In this document: positions 1 to 9,299 of the stretch, piece by piece
Numbering within the stretch: position 1 is the first letter of the stretch
Layout: every line of letters begins with the position of its first letter
Assembly: GCA_026395175.1 (NCBI GenBank)
Contig: JAPLZF010000009.1
Coordinates: forward strand, 2,290-66,289
From: Candidatus Staskawiczbacteria bacterium
GTDB taxonomy: Bacteria; Patescibacteriota; Minisyncoccia; Minisyncoccales; Staskawiczbacteraceae
DNA length: 64,000 nucleotides
Direction: 5' to 3'
Notes under the pieces: generated by a model
Database searches by the model: none
The model's input: only the letters and a program-made list of their open reading frames with translations
Told to the model about the DNA's origin: nothing
Position numbers and translations under genes: made by a program

Positions 1-629
1 TGCTCCAAAAATTCTTTGATATTTTTTTTCACCTGTTCGGCAGGCTCTTTTTTCAATTTTAAAACAGCAGAAACAATTACTAAATTCTTATTTTTTTTAA
101 AAATGCTGTTTTTCAGGGAAAACTGGCATTGGGCGTTTGTAAATTTTTTCAGCTTTAAGGTTTTTAAATCTACAGCTTCAATGCTTTCCACTAAGTCAGA
201 CGTTTTTGTGCCAAAGGCATGGGCGTTGCCGTGGATGGCTCCGCCAATTGTTCCGGGAATTCCGGCAGACCATTCAAACCCGGAAAGCCCGTTTTCAGCT
301 AAAGTGTAAGCCAATTTTGTTAAATTTACGCCGGCTCCGGCAAAAGCTTTATTGCCTTTTAAATTCAAATCTGAAATATTTATTTTTACAACCAAACCTG
401 AAAACCCTTTGTCTGAAACCAAAAGATTGCTTCCGCCTCCCAGAATAAAAACCGGCAATTTGAATTTTTTTGCCAGTTTCATCGCGCTTATTAAATCCTC
501 CTTATTTTTTACAGCAAAAAAATATTTGGCAGGCCCGCCAATTCTGTAAGTAGTGTAGTTTTTCAGCAGAACTCCTTTCTGGATTTCCGGCAGTTGTTTT
601 TTTAGTTTTTCAAAAACATTATTTTCCAT
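1..629 (-). CDS. murB: UDP-N-acetylmuramate dehydrogenase (5' part; runs off window start)
   Basis: Manual minus-strand translation from ATG at 629: MENNVFEKLKKQLPEIQKGVLLKNYTTYRIGGPAKYF...ILGGGSNLLVSDKG...GLSGFEWSAGIPGTIGGAIHGNAHAFG, the MurB FAD-binding motifs. Not in the ORF track because it is truncated. Confidence 0.95.
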   Translation of the reverse strand, partial: MENNVFEKLKKQLPEIQKGVLLKNYTTYRIGGPAKYFFAVKNKEDLISAMKLAKKFKLPVFILGGGSNLLVSDKGFSGLVVKINISDLNLKGNKAFAGAGVNLTKLAYTLAENGLSGFEWSAGIPGTIGGAIHGNAHAFGTKTSDLVESIEAVDLKTLKLKKFTNAQCQFSLKNSIFKKNKNLVIVSAVLKLKKEPAEQVKKNIKEFLE

Positions 630-1119
630 ACCTTGCAATCATAATAATTTCATCTCCGCGGAATAAATTTTTAACAACGCACTCAGGCTTGGCTCCCAAT
701 GCTTTTTTATATAAATTTTGCGCCAGATTTTCAGAGCCGGTTGTTACCTCAACCAGTTTCAAAACCGACTTCCTTTTTTTTAGGTAATTTTTAATTTCCA
801 AAAGAGATTTTTCAACAAGCTGAGTTCCAATGCCCTGCCCCTGAAATGTTTTTTTAATGGCAATTTGTTCAAGCTCAAAAACCGACTCTTTCCTAAAACC
901 GCCTTTTTCCATCCACAAAACATAGCCTGCAATTTCTTTTTGATTTTTTGCAACAAAATATTGCATTCTTGGAAAAGCGTTAAAATTGCATTTTATCCAT
1001 TTTATGGCGTCTTTTTTATTTTTCAGGCCCGAAAAACAATCTGAAGCAATTTCAGCTATTTTCTTTAAATCGTTTTTCTGCGCTCTTTTTATCTTTATTT
1101 GCTTGAATTTATCATCCAT
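619..1119 (-). CDS. GNAT family N-acetyltransferase
   Basis: Acetyl-CoA motif A (IAIKKTFQGQGIGTQL) and motif B (N-x-A-x-x-LY-x-K: ENLAQNLYKK); 166 aa; overlaps the murB start by 11 bp. Confidence 0.85.
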   Translation of the reverse strand: MDDKFKQIKIKRAQKNDLKKIAEIASDCFSGLKNKKDAIKWIKCNFNAFPRMQYFVAKNQKEIAGYVLWMEKGGFRKESVFELEQIAIKKTFQGQGIGTQLVEKSLLEIKNYLKKRKSVLKLVEVTTGSENLAQNLYKKALGAKPECVVKNLFRGDEIIMIARYGK

Positions 1120-1130
1120 ATTTTTTCTTA

Positions 1131-1159
1131 ACTATAAACTAAAATTTGGTATTTATCAA
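1131..1159 (-). promoter_or_regulatory. sigma70-type promoter for GNAT-murB
   Basis: Minus strand TTGATA-N17-TATAGT, ending 11 nt before the GNAT ATG. Confidence 0.55.
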
Positions 1160-1166
1160 GCAAAAT

Positions 1167-1197
1167 AAAACCAGCCCACTTGTTTGGGACTGGTTTT
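1167..1197 (-). terminator. Intrinsic terminator after the 802-aa surface protein gene
   Basis: Imperfect hairpin AAAACCAG(T)CCCA-loop-TGGGCTGGTTTT followed by ATTTT on the minus strand, 7 nt past the stop codon. Confidence 0.6.
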
Positions 1198-1204
1198 AAA
1201 ATTA

Positions 1205-3613
1205 TTATTTATTCACTATTGATTGCAGCTGCGCCAATATTTTTGAAAGCGCGTCGGGATTCATTGTTGATGCCATTGCCGAAAGCGCGTCGGAAATTGA
1301 TGCCAAAAGCAGATTGTTGGCATTTAAGCTGACGGGAGCTGTGTTGTTTATGGTAAAGGTTGTTGGAGAATGCACAAGCAAGAAGTTTGTCCCGCCGGCT
1401 GAATCAATGGCGTAAACATAAAGAGTGTGCGGTTTGCCGTCGGCGTATTTTGCCGGAATTGGATAAACAAAGCGGTGGTTTCCTGTATACATAGGATAAA
1501 TGGCAGTTACGTCGGGGCTGGCAACATTAGCAGGCATTTGAGTTAAATATGTGCCTGTTGTGGAATTACCGTCTATATAAACATAAATTGTAACCGGAGC
1601 TGAAGGAGCATCTGGGTCGACTGCCCAGCCATAAGCCACCCATCCGGCATAAGTTGTGTTTATAACTCCGTCTAAATATCCAGTTGGAACTTGGTTGACA
1701 TTTGTCTGCGAAATAATGCTAAAAAAATTGTCGCTTGCATCAGCATAAACAGTTCCTGAGTTTACGAAAATTTTATACATACTTCCTACGGCTGTTGATG
1801 ATAATGCCCACGAGTAAGAACCTGCGTTTGCTGAAGCAGTCCCTATTGCATTCATAGAACCGTTTGAAAGATTTTCTAAATAAATAGTGACTGTAGCTGA
1901 ACTTGGTAATCCTGTTGTATTCCATGTTATGTTGTGTGTTGAACCTTGGATCCATTGCTCTCCTCCGTTTGGCGAAGTGACGGTGATTGTTGACGCTGGA
2001 GTTGGCGAGGTGACCGTAAAGTTAATTGTGTTGCTGGCGCCGGTGTTGTTCCACACTTGGAGAGTGTGCGAGCCTGCGGTGATTGTGGCTGGCAATGTAA
2101 ATAACATTGTGCTGGCTGTTGGAGTGAGGTTGTAGGCGGAAATCATTAAGCCGTCAACCTTGATTGTGTTTACTGTGCCAAGATTGGTTCCAGACAAAGT
2201 TATCTGCCCGCCAACTGCAACCGACAAATTGGTGGTGGTGATGGTTGGAGCTGCGGAAGTATTCGCCGCAGTGATGGTGAAATAATTATCGCTGGAGTCC
2301 TTCAATGTATCGTTATCTCCATTGTCATAGCTATCTACCCTGATTTTGTAATTATGCGGCAAAGTTGATTGCAAAGGAAGCATTTCAGAGCCGATTGTCC
2401 AGTCATAGTAACCTTGAACTGCAGAAATTACCCCGTTATTAGGCACTACGTAATTTGTAGAACCCGAACCAAGATTTGAAACATCTGTTACATAAATATA
2501 AATTCTAACTTTCTGAACTCCGGTCGAATTCCATGTGATTCTATGCGTCGTTCCTACTTGCCAAGTTTCCCCTCCGTTCGGTGAAGTGACGGTGATTGTT
2601 GACGCTGGAGTTGGCGAGGTGACCGTAAAGTTAATTGTGTTGCTGGCGCCTGTGTTGTTCCACACTTGGAGAGTGTGGCTGCCTGCGGTAATTGTGGCTG
2701 GCAATGTAAATAACATTGTGCTGGCGGTTGGAGTGAGGTTGTAGGCATTAACCATTGAGCCGTCAACCTTGATTGTGTTTACTGTGCCAAGATTGGTTCC
2801 AGACAAAGTTATCTGCCCGCCAACTGCAACCGACAAATTGGTGGTGGTGATGGTTGGAGCTACGGCTGCCGATGCAACTGCAAAGTTGATTGCGTTGCTG
2901 GTGTAGTGGCCGGAATTAGTCACGCTTACAGGATACGAACCAAGAGGAGTGGATGTGGGCACGGTGAATACAACTGCAGAGCTGGTTGTTCCGTAGGCAG
3001 GCACTGTGCTGGAGTTGAAGTTGATATAACTGCCTGTTCCTGTTGAGCTGGCAAGGTTGCTTCCGGTTATTGTTACAACGGTTCCGGCAGGTCCTGATGT
3101 TGGTGAAATTGAGGTGATGGACGGCTGGGTTGTGGTTGCGCAACCATACAATGAATTTAATTTTGCTCTTGTGAGCGGACCAACTGCCCCAGTTTGCCTA
3201 ATTCCATATTTCCCCTGAAAAGCAACTACCGCAGCCGCTGTTGATTCTCCAAACGTGCCTTTATCATCTCCAGTCAAATCATATCCTTCTTTTGTTAAAG
3301 CTGTTTGAAGGTCGGCAACTTCTTGGCTCACGCCCGTGGCATTAGCATATAAATAAACATTAAAAGTGTGGCACCAAGCTGTTGGCGGGTTTGTTGGAGT
3401 TCCGCCATTCAACGTGGTTTGCACGTTAGCAATTATTGCGGCATTATCGGCAGACAAAACACCAGTAACAGGATCTGCTAAAAATGACCTTACCAACGCG
3501 ACTACCGCATTTATCTGATCTTGCGACAGACCTGCGGCTGAAGCCACGGCTGGAGCCGAACATAAAATTGCTGTTGCTAAAACAGCTGTGAGCAAAAAAT
3601 ATCTAATCTTCAT
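1205..3613 (-). CDS. Secreted Ser/Thr-rich surface protein: signal peptide, peptidoglycan-binding domain, IPT/TIG and Ig-like repeats
   Basis: N-terminal signal (…APAVASA); PG_binding_1-like EVADLQTAL…GTFGESTAAAVVAFQGKYGIRQTGAVGPLTRAKLN; IPT-like PSITSISPTSGPAGTVVTITGSN; two 'ITVTSPNGGE.W' Ig-like modules. Confidence 0.8.
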   Translation of the reverse strand: MKIRYFLLTAVLATAILCSAPAVASAAGLSQDQINAVVALVRSFLADPVTGVLSADNAAIIANVQTTLNGGTPTNPPTAWCHTFNVYLYANATGVSQEVADLQTALTKEGYDLTGDDKGTFGESTAAAVVAFQGKYGIRQTGAVGPLTRAKLNSLYGCATTTQPSITSISPTSGPAGTVVTITGSNLASSTGTGSYINFNSSTVPAYGTTSSAVVFTVPTSTPLGSYPVSVTNSGHYTSNAINFAVASAAVAPTITTTNLSVAVGGQITLSGTNLGTVNTIKVDGSMVNAYNLTPTASTMLFTLPATITAGSHTLQVWNNTGASNTINFTVTSPTPASTITVTSPNGGETWQVGTTHRITWNSTGVQKVRIYIYVTDVSNLGSGSTNYVVPNNGVISAVQGYYDWTIGSEMLPLQSTLPHNYKIRVDSYDNGDNDTLKDSSDNYFTITAANTSAAPTITTTNLSVAVGGQITLSGTNLGTVNTIKVDGLMISAYNLTPTASTMLFTLPATITAGSHTLQVWNNTGASNTINFTVTSPTPASTITVTSPNGGEQWIQGSTHNITWNTTGLPSSATVTIYLENLSNGSMNAIGTASANAGSYSWALSSTAVGSMYKIFVNSGTVYADASDNFFSIISQTNVNQVPTGYLDGVINTTYAGWVAYGWAVDPDAPSAPVTIYVYIDGNSTTGTYLTQMPANVASPDVTAIYPMYTGNHRFVYPIPAKYADGKPHTLYVYAIDSAGGTNFLLVHSPTTFTINNTAPVSLNANNLLLASISDALSAMASTMNPDALSKILAQLQSIVNK
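1962..2861. repeat. Intragenic direct repeat, two ~291-bp copies (1962-2252 and 2571-2861, offset 609)
   Basis: Manual alignment gives about 13 mismatches in ~291 bp; both copies encode APTITTTNLSVAVGGQITLSG…TITVTSPNGG. Confidence 0.95.
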
Positions 3614-3620
3614 GATTTAA

Positions 3621-3730
3621 AATTTTAAATAACAAATTTTAAGTTTTAATTGAAAAACCTAATTTTCAAATGTTTAAAACATTTAGACACTTAGATTTGA
3701 TTTAAAATTTAAAATTGCAAATTTAAAATT
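3621..3730. repeat. ~110-bp imperfect AT-rich palindrome built from AATTTTA-like heptamers
   Basis: AATTTTAAAT (3621-3630) is the exact reverse complement of ATTTAAAATT (3721-3730); the next arms AATTTTAAGTTTTAA and TTAAAATTTAAAATT pair; central AAATGTTT-A-AAACATTT. Confidence 0.7.
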
Positions 3731-3751
3731 AGTTTTAATTATTATTCCCTA

Positions 3752-3778
3752 ATAATACCCCCCCGCATAGCAATGCAA
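3752..3778 (-). promoter_or_regulatory. sigma70-like promoter with a G7 tract in a 15-bp spacer
   Basis: Minus strand TTGCAT-tgctatgcGGGGGGG-TATTAT upstream of the 802-aa gene. Confidence 0.45.
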
Positions 3779-3817
3779 GGGCTGAAGCAAATTTTTGACC
3801 TGTGGATAACTTTTTTA

Positions 3818-5533
3818 TTATGTTCCGGCTAAAATTTTGTTTATTTTTGCCCTTGTTGCGGGGCCAACATAACCTGTGCCTTTTGTTAATCCGCTTGGAA
3901 TTAAAATTTCAGAAGCGTATTTTTCCTGAAATTTTATTACAGCATTTTTAGTCAAACTGCCGAAATTTCCGGTTACAAGCCCTTCAGGATAAATGTCTGC
4001 TCCCAAATTTTTCAAAAAATTCTGCAAACATTTTACATCATTATTGCTTTGAATCCCAAAATAAAGATTGCTGTTTAATTGCAAGCAATAATTCTGCCCG
4101 CCAGCATTGTCAATTTGAGCTTGTATTTCGGCTATTTGTTTTTTCAAGTCGGCAATTTTATTCAAAAGTTGCTGTATTAAAGCCTGGTCGGCAACTTGCG
4201 CCGAACCTGTAACCGAAACTGTGTAACTAAACGGATATGTCGGCTCCAAGTCGTCCGATTTGTAAATTTGCGACTGCAAAGACGGAATAATAACCAAAGA
4301 TTTGTAGTCAGAGCCGAATTTGCTTATGTTTATTTCTCCTTTTTCATTTTCATCTAACGCCAAAAATTTTACCGCATAGCTTCCTGCCGAGTCTTCTATA
4401 ATATACGGAATTTGAAAGCTCAACCCCTTCAAGCTTGAAAAATCAAGCTTCAAATCTCCGTTTCCGCCAATAAATTTCAGCCAGTTTCCTGTCCAGCTTT
4501 TTGTGACATTTGTGACAGACAAAGAAACATTTCCAGTCAGTGGTAAAAAATTAAGCGAAGGGCTTAACCGCAAATTTTTCAAATTCTGGTTCAAATAGCA
4601 ATATTTCTGGCCAATTGAGCAATTATTCAAAACAACAGCTGTTGTCCAGTTGGTAAAAATTTGCGCAAAAGTATCTTGGTAGGCTGACTTCTGCAAAGCA
4701 TAATTTATGCTGTCAATGCCAACGTATTTTGATTTTAAGGAATCTATCAAAATGTTTATTCCGTAATGGTCTGTCAAATAATGCATAAACAAGCTGGCTG
4801 AGGCATAGTCATATTTTGTGCCTGTCCATTCGGTTATTGAATCTGACGGATTTTTTACAAAATCATTGACTCTTTGCTGTAAATTGGAGCCTTCGTATCT
4901 GTCATCATATCCCAGAATTGTCGAAGAATAATCAGCCCTTGCCTCATTAAGCCATGTATCGTCCTCAACATTAAAATTTTTGTTTTTCTGGTTGAAAGTT
5001 ATCAGGTGGACAAATTCGTGCGCCAAAAAAATTTTCAAATACGAGTCGGAAAAATGGTCTAAAGACAGATAAACCATTTCTCTTTCGTTGGAATTTGGCA
5101 GTTGGAGCTTTATGTATTCGTCGGTTGTGCGGAAATATCCGCCTTCGTTGGAGTTCATTACTTCAAACAAAACAGTTATTCTGCTGTCGCCGTCCACTCC
5201 GGGTTTGAATTCTGAACCGAAAACAGAAGTCAAAGTCGGATAAATTTTATTGTCAAATTCAGATGATAAGCTGTCTAAACCAGCCAAAATTTCCGACTGC
5301 TTTGCCTGAGGCTGGGCGTCCCACCATGTTTTTTCAACATAAAAATAAAGATTGTTGCCGGTTTTAACCAGCGTGGCTGTTATTTGCGCGCGGGCAGAGG
5401 CGTCAAAATTTTTGTCTACATTAAAACTGACGCTGTCTCCCACATTTACGGCTTTTACGGAAAATGCCACAACAAAAAACAGCAGGATTGCGGCAATCAA
5501 AATTATTTTTTTAAAATCTTTATGAGTTTTCAT
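3818..5533 (-). CDS. Secreted zinc metallopeptidase (M30/hyicolysin-like) with C-terminal peptidoglycan-binding domain
   Basis: Signal peptide; LAHEFVHLI (HExxH) plus WLNEARA third-ligand motif; PGVDGDSRITVL; coiled-coil linker; C-terminal DVKCLQNFL…TGNFGSLTKNAVIKFQ…GYVGPATRAKIN. Confidence 0.75.
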   Translation of the reverse strand: MKTHKDFKKIILIAAILLFFVVAFSVKAVNVGDSVSFNVDKNFDASARAQITATLVKTGNNLYFYVEKTWWDAQPQAKQSEILAGLDSLSSEFDNKIYPTLTSVFGSEFKPGVDGDSRITVLFEVMNSNEGGYFRTTDEYIKLQLPNSNEREMVYLSLDHFSDSYLKIFLAHEFVHLITFNQKNKNFNVEDDTWLNEARADYSSTILGYDDRYEGSNLQQRVNDFVKNPSDSITEWTGTKYDYASASLFMHYLTDHYGINILIDSLKSKYVGIDSINYALQKSAYQDTFAQIFTNWTTAVVLNNCSIGQKYCYLNQNLKNLRLSPSLNFLPLTGNVSLSVTNVTKSWTGNWLKFIGGNGDLKLDFSSLKGLSFQIPYIIEDSAGSYAVKFLALDENEKGEINISKFGSDYKSLVIIPSLQSQIYKSDDLEPTYPFSYTVSVTGSAQVADQALIQQLLNKIADLKKQIAEIQAQIDNAGGQNYCLQLNSNLYFGIQSNNDVKCLQNFLKNLGADIYPEGLVTGNFGSLTKNAVIKFQEKYASEILIPSGLTKGTGYVGPATRAKINKILAGT

Positions 5534-5536
5534 ATA

Positions 5537-7393
5537 TTAATTTCTATAATACGGAACAAAGCTTTTCAAGGCGCTTATTATTTTTTCTTGCTCAAAGTCA
5601 TGTTTTAAGATATTTTCCAAATTTTCCAGATTTTTTTCAAGTTCAAAAAAATTTATGGCAGACAGCTTTGCTTTAAAAATTTTATTGTTCTGGGTGGCGG
5701 AAGTTCCCTCTTCTGCGGTAAGCATTTCTTCAAATAATTTTTCACCGGGCCTGATTCCAGTGAAAGTTATCGTAATATCCCTGTCTAAGACCAGTCCTGA
5801 TAATTTTATCATTTCTTTTGCCAAATCCAAAATTTTGATGGGCTTTCCCATATCCAAAACAAAAACTTCTCCGCCCTGCCCCATTGCCGACGCCTGCAAA
5901 ACCAAAAGGCATGCCTCGGAGGTAAGCATAAAATATCTTTTCATTTCTTGGTGAGTGACTTCCACGGGCCCGCCTCTTTTAATTTGCTCCCTAAATATCG
6001 GAATAACGCTTCCCCTGCTGTTCAATACATTTCCAAATCTTACAGAAATAAATTTTGTCTTGTTTTTTTCATTAAATAATTGGCAGACCATCTCGCCGGC
6101 TCTTTTCGTGGCTCCCATAACCGAACTTGGGTTTACCGCCTTGTCAGTTGAAATAAAAATAAATTTTTTTGCATTGTAATTTACAGCGGCTTTAGCCAAA
6201 TTTTTCGTGCCGAAAATATTATTTTTCACGGCTTCGTCGGCATTTTCCTCCATTAGCGGAACGTGCTTGTAGGCGGCGGCGTGGAAAATAATTTCAGGCC
6301 TAAACTTTTCAAAAATTTTATTTATTTTTTCTGCGTCGGCAATGTCTGCTATCAAGTTGCATATTTTTAAATTGGGAAAATTATTCTCCAATTCTTTTGA
6401 AATATTGAAAATGCCTGTCTCATCCTGGTCTAGCAACAAAAGCAATTCTGGCCTGAATTTTGCAACCTGTCGCGATAATTCCGAACCAATAGAGCCTGCC
6501 GAGCCTGTAATCAAAACCGATTTGTCTTTTATAAAACTTTCAATCTGTTTTGTATCCAAATTAACCTGCTCCCTGCCCAGCAAATCCTCCACTTCCACGT
6601 CCTTAAGATTCTTGAAAGACACCTGTCCTCTTATTATTTCAGACAAAGGCGGAGCAATTTTTATTTTCCATATGCCGGCTTTTTTCCCCGCTTCAACCGC
6701 TTCCCTTATTTTTTTTCCGTCGGCTGAAGGCAGGGCAATTATCAGCTGCTTTATCTGTAAATTTTTTGCGATAATAGAAATATCGGAAATTTTTCCCAAA
6801 ACTTTCAATCCGTGTATCACAACTCCTTTTTTTATGGGGTTATCGTCTATAAATCCTATCGGATAATAAGGGTTTTTGCTTGAAGAAATAATGCTTCTTA
6901 AAATTTGCTCTCCGGCGTCGCCTGCTCCAATAATCAGAGTCCTCTCTTTTTTAAACATTCTGTTCTGGCCCATAACCCGCAGATAAATTCTTTTGGAAAA
7001 TCTTGAAGCTCCGCACAAGATAAAAACCAAAAAATAACTTACAAAAATCACAGAACGCGGAAAATTTATGAAGTGCGGAAAATAATGCGAAGCAAAAATA
7101 GCCACTGACAAAAATATGAAGGCAATCGTTACGGCTTTGAACAAGGAAATCAATTCATTGGTTGAAACATAAGACCATGAAAAAGAATAAAGCTTTTGAA
7201 AATAGAAAACAGGCAGTATAAAAATAATAGCCAAACCTATCATCCTATAAATAAACGGAATATATTGCGAAGGTATGCAAAAGTCAAACCTCAAAAGAAA
7301 AGCCAGCCATACAGAAATAATTATAGAAATAATATCTGCCAACACAAAAAAAATAGTTTTTGTCAGCTTTGTTTTTTTGAAAAGATTAAGCAT
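5537..7393 (-). CDS. Membrane-bound UDP-GlcNAc 4,6-dehydratase (PglF/CapD/WbpM family)
   Basis: Four N-terminal TM helices, CoA-binding-like IIGAGDAG, catalytic SDR GSAGSIGSEL, HAAAYKHVP, STDKAVNPSSVMGATKR, VRFGNVLNSRGSV, GIRPGEKLFEE. Confidence 0.93.
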   Translation of the reverse strand: MLNLFKKTKLTKTIFFVLADIISIIISVWLAFLLRFDFCIPSQYIPFIYRMIGLAIIFILPVFYFQKLYSFSWSYVSTNELISLFKAVTIAFIFLSVAIFASHYFPHFINFPRSVIFVSYFLVFILCGASRFSKRIYLRVMGQNRMFKKERTLIIGAGDAGEQILRSIISSSKNPYYPIGFIDDNPIKKGVVIHGLKVLGKISDISIIAKNLQIKQLIIALPSADGKKIREAVEAGKKAGIWKIKIAPPLSEIIRGQVSFKNLKDVEVEDLLGREQVNLDTKQIESFIKDKSVLITGSAGSIGSELSRQVAKFRPELLLLLDQDETGIFNISKELENNFPNLKICNLIADIADAEKINKIFEKFRPEIIFHAAAYKHVPLMEENADEAVKNNIFGTKNLAKAAVNYNAKKFIFISTDKAVNPSSVMGATKRAGEMVCQLFNEKNKTKFISVRFGNVLNSRGSVIPIFREQIKRGGPVEVTHQEMKRYFMLTSEACLLVLQASAMGQGGEVFVLDMGKPIKILDLAKEMIKLSGLVLDRDITITFTGIRPGEKLFEEMLTAEEGTSATQNNKIFKAKLSAINFFELEKNLENLENILKHDFEQEKIISALKSFVPYYRN

Positions 7394-8513
7394 TTTCTAA
7401 AATTTCTTTTAAATTTTTAACAACAAAATCAATTTCTTTTTCCGTTAAATTGTTGAAAAAAGGCAAAGCCAGCGTTCTTTTGCTTATGTTTTCTGCAACA
7501 GGAAAATCCCCTTTTTTATAGCCAAAATTATTCTTATAAAACGGCTGAAGATGTATCGCCTGAAAATAATCAGAGCATTGTATGCCTTGTTCTGCCATTT
7601 TTTTGATGATTTTGTCCCTTTTTGCGCCGGAAAAATTTTCTGACAATTTTACAACATAGACAAACCAACTCAATTTATTTTCCGGCTTAATGCAGGGAAT
7701 TTCCAAATCTTTTATTCCTTTCAGTTTTTTATTGTATAATTCTGCAACATTTTTTCTTTTTTTCAGGATTTCATTTATCCTCTGCATCTGCGATATTCCC
7801 AAAGCGCAGCTCATTTCGTCCAGCCGGTAATTATATCCCAGCATTACGTGCTCTAACCATTTTCCATTTGAAACTTTTCTGCCCTGATTCGCCATGCTTC
7901 TGCCCATCTCATATATTTTTTTATTGTCGGTTAAAATAATTCCGCCTTCGCCGGTTGTAATCTGCTTATTTGGATAAAAAGCAAAAACAGCTGCGTCGCC
8001 GAAGCTTCCGCATTTTTTGCCTTTATATTCCGACCCCAATGCTTCCGCAGAATCTTCAACTAGAAAAAGTTTGTGTTTTTTTGCTATTTTTTTCAATTCG
8101 TCCCAATCAGCCGGCTGGGAAAAAACATCTACTGCCAAAATAGCTTTTGTTTTTTTGGTAATTTTTTCTTCTATTTTTTTAACATCAATATTAAATGTAT
8201 TTTCGTCAACATCAACGAAAACCGGCTTTGCTTTTTCATATAATATGCAATTTGAAGAAGCAATGAAAGAAAACGGCGTTGTAATGACTTCGTCCCCTTC
8301 TCCTAAGCCCAGCGCTTTTATAATAAGATGCAAACCGCTGGTTCCGCTGTTTGTCGCAACCGCATATTTCACTCCGGCATATTTTGCCATCATTTTTTCA
8401 AATTCCAAATATTTTTTTCCCAAGCTCAAATAAGATGTCTTTAAAACATTTTCTACTGCTTTTATTTCTTTGGCTGAAATATCAGGTTTTGACAATGGTA
8501 TTTTCCAGCTCAT
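7386..8513 (-). CDS. DegT/DnrJ/EryC1/StrS sugar aminotransferase (PglE-like)
   Basis: NSGTSGLH, EDSAEALG, FAFYPNKQITTGEGG (PLP lysine), GYNYRLDE. Confidence 0.92.
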   Translation of the reverse strand: MSWKIPLSKPDISAKEIKAVENVLKTSYLSLGKKYLEFEKMMAKYAGVKYAVATNSGTSGLHLIIKALGLGEGDEVITTPFSFIASSNCILYEKAKPVFVDVDENTFNIDVKKIEEKITKKTKAILAVDVFSQPADWDELKKIAKKHKLFLVEDSAEALGSEYKGKKCGSFGDAAVFAFYPNKQITTGEGGIILTDNKKIYEMGRSMANQGRKVSNGKWLEHVMLGYNYRLDEMSCALGISQMQRINEILKKRKNVAELYNKKLKGIKDLEIPCIKPENKLSWFVYVVKLSENFSGAKRDKIIKKMAEQGIQCSDYFQAIHLQPFYKNNFGYKKGDFPVAENISKRTLALPFFNNLTEKEIDFVVKNLKEILENA

Positions 8514-9286
8514 TTTTTTATTTTTTTGAATAATAAAATTTTAATTTGCGAATAGTTTCCGAAAGAAGGCAGAAAAGAAAAAAATCTGGAAAAAGCCGTG
8601 TTATATTTTATGTCTTTTTTGACGGCTTTGGCAAAAAAAGGATAAATAACCCTCGAACCGAAAAAATAAGAACTTAAAAATTTGCTTTCTTTCACAAACT
8701 CTAAATTCTGGCTTTTTAAATATCCAATAACAAAATCTTTATCCAAATACAAATTATGGTAAGCTGGAGCAATGGGCTCTAAACCCAAATTTTTTCGGGC
8801 GCTGTTTAACTTTTGAAAGCCGTCGTCAAACGCTTCAAGCAATATCAGGCTTCCGCCGGGTTTTAAGGCGTCTGCCATATTTTTCAGCGCTTTTTTTTGG
8901 TCGTCTTGGTTTAATAAATTGATTACGCATCTTTCCGTAAAAACAAAATCAAAAATATTTTTGTATTTTAATTCCAAAACATCTTCCTCCTGAAATTTTA
9001 TTTTTCCTTTGGCGCCGAATGTCGGCTGTTTTTTTGCCAAAGCAATCATTTCAGGAGAAAAATCAACCGACAATAAATCCAGTTTTCTGGATTTGGAAAT
9101 CTCTATGGAAGCAGCTCCGTTTCCGCAGCCGACTTCCAGGCATTTTTTATTGGCTTTTAAAAAAGCAACAATGTTTTTGATTTCCAATCTTCTGGTATTC
9201 AAATCAGCCATTGTGCTGTTGATGGAAAGTTGGTCTTTTTCGGCTTCTTTTTTATAGTGTTCTCTCACTAATTTTTTGTATTCCAT
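8510..9286 (-). CDS. Class I SAM-dependent methyltransferase
   Basis: CLEVGCGNG motif I, VDFSPEMI, FDFVFTERCVIN, LKPGG. Confidence 0.85.
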   Translation of the reverse strand: MEYKKLVREHYKKEAEKDQLSINSTMADLNTRRLEIKNIVAFLKANKKCLEVGCGNGAASIEISKSRKLDLLSVDFSPEMIALAKKQPTFGAKGKIKFQEEDVLELKYKNIFDFVFTERCVINLLNQDDQKKALKNMADALKPGGSLILLEAFDDGFQKLNSARKNLGLEPIAPAYHNLYLDKDFVIGYLKSQNLEFVKESKFLSSYFFGSRVIYPFFAKAVKKDIKYNTAFSRFFSFLPSFGNYSQIKILLFKKIKK

Positions 9287-9299
9287 AATTTTTGCTCCT

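Noticed and set aside
1962..2861. Possible DGR template/variable repeat pair
   Set aside because: Mismatches are not adenine-specific on either strand, are mostly synonymous, both copies are coding, and no reverse transcriptase is in the window.
3621..3730. CRISPR array or origin DUE in the AT-rich repeats
   Set aside because: No repeat-spacer periodicity or cas genes; only one DnaA box and no dnaA/dnaN nearby.
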